Assembly (NCBI GenBank): GCA_963733095.1
Contig: CAVTBV010000012.1
Span: forward strand, 288,001 to 352,000
Length of the DNA stretch: 64,000 bases
Source: Candidatus Bathyarchaeota archaeon
GTDB taxonomy: Archaea > Thermoproteota > Bathyarchaeia > Bathyarchaeales > Bathycorpusculaceae
Direction of reading: 5' to 3'
Both the position numbers and the translations under genes were made by a program. Below are positions 57,131 through 64,000 of this stretch, piece by piece. The notes beneath the pieces were generated by a model. The model had not been told where the DNA came from, made no database searches, and was given only the letters and a program-made list of their open reading frames with translations. Each line of letters opens with the position of its first letter. Position 1 is the stretch's first letter.

Positions 57131-58543
57131 CTATTTTGTGGGGCTGCTTATTTTAGCCATGAGCGCTCTTCGAAAGTGTGCCATTATGAGCCGAGTTGCG
57201 CCCAGTCCCCACATTTTTCCCTTCTTAAACATACCGATTGCGCTGATGAAGTACCTGGGACTGAGGTAGAAGCTTTGGAAGGCTTCTTCGCGTATCTGAC
57301 TAAGCTCCTGCATGGTCATATTGGCGATTTCGAAGGTTGGGGTAGCGGTGTCGTACTTGTCAAAGTCAGTTATTCTTAGTGAACCGTTGGCTTTGACTTC
57401 TTCGTACATGGGTGTGCCTGGATAGGGCGTGGCAATATAGAAGCCGACATCGTTAGGATTAAGCTCCTTCACAAATCGAATAGTTTCCCAAGCCGTGTCT
57501 TTGGTTTCACCTGGAAAACCCAAAATCACACCAGCAACCGTCATCAACCCTGCTTCTTTTGCCCACTTAAAGGCACGTCTTGTCTGTGTAAGCGAGAAGC
57601 CCTTACCCATACTTGTTAACTGTTTCAAAGAACCCGATTCCACACCAAACCAGACCGCGATGCAGCCCGCTTCACGCATCTTGACAAGGAGTTCTTTGCT
57701 GACCATATCCACGCGGGTTTCGCAGTCCCATTTGATTTTGAGTCCTCGGCAGTGAATTTCGTCGCAGATTTCCGCCGTTCGAGCTTGATCCACTGTAAAG
57801 GCATCGTCGTAGAAGGTGAATTGGTTGGCGCGGTAGTTTTTGTGGAGGTATTCCAGTTCGTCGACAACGTTTGTGGGTGTGCGCATGCGGTATCTTCTGC
57901 CAAACATTCTCACAGCCGTACAGAAGTTGCACCAGAACACACAGCCCCTGCTGGTCATAACTGGGTAGGGGATGGTTCCGTATTTTCGGAGTTCACCCAG
58001 CTTTTCCCAAAGGTGCAGAGCGGGAAATGGGAGGCTGTCGAGATCTTCTAGAAAAGCTCTGTCCGCGTTCCTAACTATTTCACTGCCTTTCCTGCAAGTG
58101 GCACCCTCAAGGTCAAAAAGTGGTTGGTGGTTTTCGACTCTTTGCGCAAGCTCCAACATTGTTTCTTCGCCCTCTCTTCTTATAACGATGTCTAAGGAGG
58201 GTTCTTCTTGCAGTGCCTTGTCATCCCAGAACGTAACATGCGGACCGCCAATAGCGGTTATGCAGTTTGGCAAGGCTTCTTTGGCGGCTTTTACAATTTT
58301 GAGGGCAGACTTGTATGTGAGTGTTGTGCATGTGACGCCGACTATGTCGGGTTTTGATTTAGCAATTTCCTCTTTGAACTGTTGGTGACTGATTTTTTGG
58401 GCTTGACAATCAATCACTTTAACTTCAAAATGATTCTTGAACAATACCGCACCTAGGTATCCTATGCCTAAAGGCATGAAGGGTGGATGCTGATGTGAAC
58501 CTGCAGGGTAGGGCGGATTGACAAGAGTTATGCGAGTTTTCAT
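57131..58543 (-). CDS. Cobalamin-binding radical SAM protein #6
   Basis: NPPYP, PLGIGYL, GGPHVTFWDDKAL, RGCVFWCNFC, GVESG and TPYPGT; close paralog of #2. Confidence 0.9.
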   Translation of the reverse strand: MKTRITLVNPPYPAGSHQHPPFMPLGIGYLGAVLFKNHFEVKVIDCQAQKISHQQFKEEIAKSKPDIVGVTCTTLTYKSALKIVKAAKEALPNCITAIGGPHVTFWDDKALQEEPSLDIVIRREGEETMLELAQRVENHQPLFDLEGATCRKGSEIVRNADRAFLEDLDSLPFPALHLWEKLGELRKYGTIPYPVMTSRGCVFWCNFCTAVRMFGRRYRMRTPTNVVDELEYLHKNYRANQFTFYDDAFTVDQARTAEICDEIHCRGLKIKWDCETRVDMVSKELLVKMREAGCIAVWFGVESGSLKQLTSMGKGFSLTQTRRAFKWAKEAGLMTVAGVILGFPGETKDTAWETIRFVKELNPNDVGFYIATPYPGTPMYEEVKANGSLRITDFDKYDTATPTFEIANMTMQELSQIREEAFQSFYLSPRYFISAIGMFKKGKMWGLGATRLIMAHFRRALMAKISSPTK

Positions 58544-58660
58544 GGTCTTCCCCGAAACACGTAGAGGTTATGTCTTGGGGTTCATTTACTTTATGCAAAA
58601 GCAGGGATTTTTCAAGATGACAATTCTTCCTGCAACGGGAAGGTTGAAAAACAGAATAGG

Positions 58661-59368
58661 CTATCGCGGGGCTTGTTTTGGCTGCAAGGAGCATTCTTTG
58701 ATGTCCATGTAGAGCCAGTTGCGTTTCCAATTCTTTGCTTTTTCTTTCTTCTTTTTGGTTTTGTACTTGCCGATTACGATGGATTCCTTGAACAGCGGCG
58801 CTTCAACTACGGTACTGTGGTATCCTTGTCCATCTTCGCTAGATACATCAATACCTTTTGAGTCGGTAAATTCTTTGAGTTCCTTGATGGATTCGGGGTC
58901 AAGCTTTCGCCCCAACCATTCTTCACCAAAAAAGTTTGTGTTGACACAGTTTAGGACAGGTCTCAAGCCAGTGCCAACGACTTCTTTGAGCACATCGTAT
59001 GTGTCGCCTTCGTTGGGCATTAAAAAAGCAAGTCCCAGCTGTTTAGCCATACTCTCATAGTAGCTTGAGTGAACTATTGCGCATCCTGCTCCAGCGATAT
59101 CGCCTGTAACAATGCCCTCGATGCCCTGCGACTGTTTCAGTTTGGTCAAGGCACCAAGTATGTCTTCGTAGGCTTTCTTTATCCTAACAACCTTAAGTGG
59201 GACTCCAAGGGTTTTGGATTGAAGCTCCATAACATCGAAACTGTGAAAAACGTAAGGTCTCTGATATTCAAAGCTGAGAAGGCAGGCAACTTGATGCCCC
59301 TGCGCTATGACTTTGTGGTAAGCTAAACAGCATTCTTTGCCCCCACTCCAATGAACAACAACCTTCAT
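58661..59368 (-). CDS. DUF71/Dph6-like ATP pyrophosphatase, copy 3 (degenerate motifs)
   Basis: HWSGGKECC, TGDI, WLGR and SSEDGQGYHS. Confidence 0.78.
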   Translation of the reverse strand: MKVVVHWSGGKECCLAYHKVIAQGHQVACLLSFEYQRPYVFHSFDVMELQSKTLGVPLKVVRIKKAYEDILGALTKLKQSQGIEGIVTGDIAGAGCAIVHSSYYESMAKQLGLAFLMPNEGDTYDVLKEVVGTGLRPVLNCVNTNFFGEEWLGRKLDPESIKELKEFTDSKGIDVSSEDGQGYHSTVVEAPLFKESIVIGKYKTKKKKEKAKNWKRNWLYMDIKECSLQPKQAPR

Positions 59369-59471
59369 TTCAATCTCTCTTTCAGTCTGGAAAAGTCACG
59401 TGAAAGAACTATAAACCTTTTTGTTAACATTAACTCGGCTCTCTTTCTCTCAGCTAACGAAAAAACTACGT

Positions 59472-62044
59472 TTAAGAAGTTGTTTTTGCAGGCAAATCCT
59501 TGTTTTCTGCACGGTTTTTGCGCCTCAGGTGTCCAAATACAGCAATTGAAGCAACCAAAGCAATTACTAAGACAAAAATCAACACCAACAGAAGCGATCT
59601 AAACGAAGCGTTATCTGATGGAGCCGTTGAAGGTGATGTGGAAGCTTGGTTTGTGATTTGGTTGGAGAAGCAGTAAACGTTCCAGTCGTTGCAGCCGATG
59701 TATAGTCTGCCGTTGGCTATTGATGGTGAGGACCAGCTGCTGGAGGGCAAAATGGCAGTTGCAATCTTTGTCCCGTTGCTGGTGGTGTCTAGAACGAATA
59801 CGTCGCGTTGGCTGGTTGCAAGGTAGATTTTGCCGTCAGCATAAGATGGCGAAGTATACAATTCGTCTCCGGTGAAGACACTCCAGAGCATGTTGCCGTT
59901 TGATGCATTGAGGCAGGCTATGTTGAATTTGTCTATGATGTAGAGGTTACCGTTAACGTAAATGGGCGATGAAACGATGAATTCAATTGCTTCTTTGTCT
60001 ATGAATTGCCAGACGATATTGCCTGTCTGTTCGTTTATGGCGTAGTAGGCTCCCCAGTTGGAGGATGCGAAAACCATGCCTGCTGCAACAGATGGTGAAC
60101 CCAAAAGTTCAGTGCCGCCCACGAATGAAATTTGGTAGGGAAGAGTTTGTTTCCAAATTATGGCGCCTGTGTCGGCGTTCAGCTTGTAGAGCGCGCCTGA
60201 GGTTGGTTCTTGCGAGGTAAAGAAGACGCTGCCGTCAGCAACTGCCGGAGAGGATTCTATTGGTCCTTCGGTGTGGGTCTTCCAAACTATGTCGCCAGTG
60301 TTTGCATCGAGTGCATACAAGTTGCCGTCTAATGAACCAATGTAGACTTTTCCGCCTGCAACGGCGGGGGAAGATTTAAGCACCAAATCCCCAAACGTGA
60401 ATGGTAAACTGCTGTTGACGAAGGTTTTCGAGATAAGCGACCCAGTGTAAGCATCAAGCGAATAAACGTAGCCGTCTTCGCTTCCTACAAAGACTTGTCC
60501 ATCAGCTACAGCAGGCGAAGAAATTATGGGACCGTCGGTGGCGTATTTCCAAATCAGGCTGCCGCTCCATGCGCCAATTGCATAGATGTTTTTGTCCTGT
60601 GAACCAACGTAGACTATGCCATCTGCTACGCTTGGCGAAGAGATAACGGAACCGTTAGTTGGAAATTTCCATGCTAAAGAAAGGTTCGAAGGACCCACCT
60701 GAGCCGTTGATGAATGGGCTGAGTCAGAACGCCACATACTCCAGTTGCTGACATCAATCGAGTTGGCTCCTATTGCCCACAGTTCGCTGTCTGTTGTGTA
60801 TTCCGTTCCTGAGGTTGTATCTACGGCGGTTGTTACGCTACCGGGAATTATATACAAGTTGCCGTATGCAACGATTGCAGATTCCCTTGGAGCTAAAGCT
60901 TCGATTGGAAGAGTCCATAGGACCTGCCCAGTGTAAGCGTTCAAACAAGCAAACTCCGAATAAGTCTTGTAATTGGTCACATACTGAGCTAGTTCGCCCG
61001 TAGTCACGTAGATTTTGCCATCTGCCACCGTGGGCATTCCAGGCCAGATCAGGGTTTCATCGGGTCCCTTGTACTTCCAAACTGGAACACCTGTATCGAC
61101 GTTAACGGCGTAGAGGTACCCGTCTTTGTTCATTTCGTAAACCATTCCATACGCTACAGCCGGACCAGTTGTGAAGTACCCATCGGTACCTGGCGTATAA
61201 GTCCAAAGAATTTGGCCATCCGTAGAGTTGAAACAGTACATCGTATTGTCGTCTGTTCCTCCAATGAAGTATCTGCCGTTTGAGAAGGCACCGTTGAAGA
61301 TCATTGGTCCATGTGTCAGGGTTGTCCAAATTATTGAGCCAGTCGATGCATTGAGAGCCAACTGCTGGTTCATAAAAGAGCCAGTGAACACCATGCCATC
61401 ACCATAAGTTATTCCAATCCCGGTTATGCCGCCGCCGGGGATGTAAGTTTGCCAAGCCAAAGTCGGCGGCTGAGAGGGATCAGAAAAGTCCCAAGCCAAA
61501 ATGTATGAATTAACTTTGGTATAGAACAGTTTTTCGGCTGGACTGTACACGGCTGAATTGAAGATGCCTGTGTCAGAGCTGAAAGTTGGGCTTGTCCACA
61601 GAAGCTGTCCTGTTTTAATGTCAAGGCAACTGCTTTCAACTACTAAGTGTGAGTCATCGATTTTGTAGGCAATTGGCCAGGTCTTATTCATCGGAATAGG
61701 AGTTTTCCAAACGGTGTTGCCGGCTTGATCGAGCGCGACCATTGATGTGTTGGTGCCTACAAAAATCATGCCATCAAACGCTGTAATGTAGGGCTGTATG
61801 CCGGGTATGCTGGCTTTCCAGAGGATGTTTGGCGTACTTGGGGCTGGTCCAGCTGAGAAACGAGTAAAAGAGGCGTCCCCTTGAGATTGAGTCCACTCAT
61901 ACTGATTCAATATGCCGTTGGATGTTGTGTTAGCGTTAACTTGGGCATTTACAGAGTTTGCCTGAAATGAGATTGAAGCGAAAAGTGAGGAGGTAATCAA
62001 CAATGCCAAAACAACTAAAGCGGCGACTTTTTTGAAAATGTCAT
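59472..62044 (-). CDS. Double PQQ/BamB-like beta-propeller secreted protein with C-terminal TM anchor; signal peptide split by a frameshift
   Basis: Repeated SSP.V.DG.V..GS.D..YA.DA.TG...W blades. The ORF track starts at TTG 62009. An ATG at 62044 joins the frame after a -1 shift in the A6 run. Confidence 0.85.
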
Positions 62045-62239
62045 GTGCCCCCGAGAATGATGTGTAAGGTTTGTTTCACTATAAACTTTGCGGAACCCCC
62101 AAAAATCACTCAATTAACGAGAAATATGCAGAGAACACAGAAAAAACGAAAAACACCTAAACCGCACAATCTTTTTTAAGACGAAAAGAGCCCTTAAGTA
62201 AAACAATGAATTACCAGGGAACACAAGGGTGGTTTTAAT

Positions 62240-63319
62240 TTGACAAATAAGAAAGGTCCTTTACTTATGACTTCTTGGCGAGCAACAGGCGCCTGCAACG
62301 CCCGGTGCCTTTACTGCAACGTTGACGCGACAGGTAAGCATGCTCCAAGAGAAATGACAACCCAAGAAGCATTCCATCTGGTTGATGAAGTTAGTGATTT
62401 TGGCGTTAGGTGGTTTGGCATAAAAGGCGGGGAACCCTTAACACGTCCCGACATCTTTGAAATTGTCACATATGCCAAAAACAAAGGTCTAAACGTTTGC
62501 TTACTCACAAACGGAGTCTTTGTTGACGGATCAATTTACGATAATTTGGTGAAAAATCAGGTTTGGACATCCGTTAGCATCGATGGACCAGAAGAAATCA
62601 ACGACCAACTACGCGGAAAAGGCTCCTACAAAAAAGCCCTCGCCGCCATCGAAAAATTATCAAAGGGTAAGATCCTCAACGGCTTAGCCTGCGCCATAAC
62701 AACCATAAACTACCAGCACCTCGACCATGTTGCAGAGTTAGCTGACAAATACCACGCTAACTTTGTCTGGTACAACCACTTAGTGCCCAGCGGACGAGCA
62801 AAGGCAACCATGGATTTAACACCCACACCAGAACAGTACGAATGGGTGCTCAACCACATCTGGGATATAACACAAAAGTACAGGGGCAAATTTGAGGTTC
62901 ACGTTCACTGCCCACACTTTGCGCGGGTAGTGAAGCAGAGAATCCCCGAAAAAGAGTTTAACGAATGGTACGAAAAAGAATTCCACGGCAAATGCACCTA
63001 CTTCGCATTCGGCGGCTACCTCAGCGTAACCGAAAACGGCGACTTAATCCCATGCTTCTACACCGACCTGCAACCCTCCGAGCCCATGATGCTAGGCAAC
63101 ATTCGCAACAAAAGCTTAACCACAGCGTGGGAAGAAATCAAAGCCTCAAAATACTACAACAAATTCCAAGACCGAAACATCCTCAAAGGCAAATGCGGAG
63201 TCTGCGAATACAAAGACATCTGCGGCGGATGTAGAAACCGAGCATTCGCATACACAGGCGACATCACAGAGTCCGACCCTGCATGCGCCTATATACCGGA
63301 GAGTCTCCGCAAAAAGTAA
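62240..63319 (+). CDS. Radical SAM/SPASM protein (NirJ/PqqE-like)
   Basis: CNARCLYC, GGEP, SIDG, PC and CGVC...CGGCRNRA...DP.C. Confidence 0.9.
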   Translation: MTNKKGPLLMTSWRATGACNARCLYCNVDATGKHAPREMTTQEAFHLVDEVSDFGVRWFGIKGGEPLTRPDIFEIVTYAKNKGLNVCLLTNGVFVDGSIYDNLVKNQVWTSVSIDGPEEINDQLRGKGSYKKALAAIEKLSKGKILNGLACAITTINYQHLDHVAELADKYHANFVWYNHLVPSGRAKATMDLTPTPEQYEWVLNHIWDITQKYRGKFEVHVHCPHFARVVKQRIPEKEFNEWYEKEFHGKCTYFAFGGYLSVTENGDLIPCFYTDLQPSEPMMLGNIRNKSLTTAWEEIKASKYYNKFQDRNILKGKCGVCEYKDICGGCRNRAFAYTGDITESDPACAYIPESLRKK

Positions 63320-63336
63320 CAGTTGCAGGTATAGTG

Positions 63337-64000
63337 ATGAGTGTAATTAAAACAAAAGTAGCATTGGTAACCACTCCACTCTTGCAGAAACGGGGTAACC
63401 ACCCGCTTTTTCCACCCTTGGGCCTAGCGTATATGGCAGCTGTTTTAGAGCAGAACGGTTTTGAAGTAAAAATATTCGATTGCCCGGCATGCGAACTCGA
63501 CCATGATAAACTCAAAGCCGAATTATCCAACTATCAACCCACGATGGTCGGCATCGGCTCCATGACACCTACAATTGAGTCAGCACTCAAATCTGCCCGC
63601 GTAACAAAAGAAGCCTGCCCAGACGCCAAGGTTTTGATGGGTGGACCCCATGCAACTTTTGCTGGCGAAGAAATCCTCGCATCCGAAAAAGCTGTAGATA
63701 TAATTGTGAGGGGAGAGGGTGAGGAGACAATCGTAGAATTAGCCAAACAACTCCCTGTAGGCGACATCGGAGGTATAACCTTCCGAAAGGATAACCAAAT
63801 AATCCAAACAGCGAACAGACCCTACATCCAAGACCTCGACGCACTTCCGTTGCCTGCCTACAAGCTTCTTCCAATGGACAAATACAACATAACAGGAAGA
63901 AACCTGCTTTCAGTAATAAGTAGCAGAGGATGCCCCTACCAATGTCCCTTCTGCGTAGCTTCACAAATGTTCGGTGCTCCTTTCAGGGCAAGAAATCCCA
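63337..64000 (+). CDS. Cobalamin-binding radical SAM protein #7 (runs off the window)
   Basis: Manual translation MSVIKTKVALVTTP...FPPLGLAYMAA...GGPHATF...GEGE...SRGCPYQCPFC. Not in the ORF track. Confidence 0.9.
   Translation, partial: MSVIKTKVALVTTPLLQKRGNHPLFPPLGLAYMAAVLEQNGFEVKIFDCPACELDHDKLKAELSNYQPTMVGIGSMTPTIESALKSARVTKEACPDAKVLMGGPHATFAGEEILASEKAVDIIVRGEGEETIVELAKQLPVGDIGGITFRKDNQIIQTANRPYIQDLDALPLPAYKLLPMDKYNITGRNLLSVISSRGCPYQCPFCVASQMFGAPFRARNP

Overview
Archaeal chromosomal window, most consistent with Bathyarchaeia. This is inferred from prefoldin beta, DUF3194, archaeal CobY/CobZ/CobT, a tetraether synthase, and an expanded family of large membrane-anchored beta-propeller proteins next to a tandem Lrp/AsnC regulator. 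Bases 1-8.6 kb hold housekeeping genes (sua5, GNAT, pfdB, DHH, ECF module, nfo). From about 8.7 kb to the window end is a dense specialised region with ten radical SAM genes: seven cobalamin-binding, two SPASM, and one Tes/MJ0619-type tetraether lipid synthase coupled to a divergent DGGGP-synthase-like UbiA and an NDP-sugar epimerase. Interleaved with these are the late cobamide-assembly genes (cobD, cbiB, cobT, cobZ, and two cobS-cobY pairs, one divergent), three DUF71/Dph6-like ATP pyrophosphatases, five glycosyltransferases and six secreted beta-propeller proteins. The leading hypothesis (inference only) is a cobamide-supplied membrane-lipid or envelope-tailoring cluster. Non-coding signals include an array of covarying triplet palindromes near 55.0-55.3 kb with related single elements at 3.4 and 50.7 kb, a structured leader before the cob operon, and two apparent frameshifts, one at an in-phase A_AAA_AAG slippery site. 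I saw no rRNA, tRNA, CRISPR array or transposase. All family calls come from motif recognition by eye, with no database searches.
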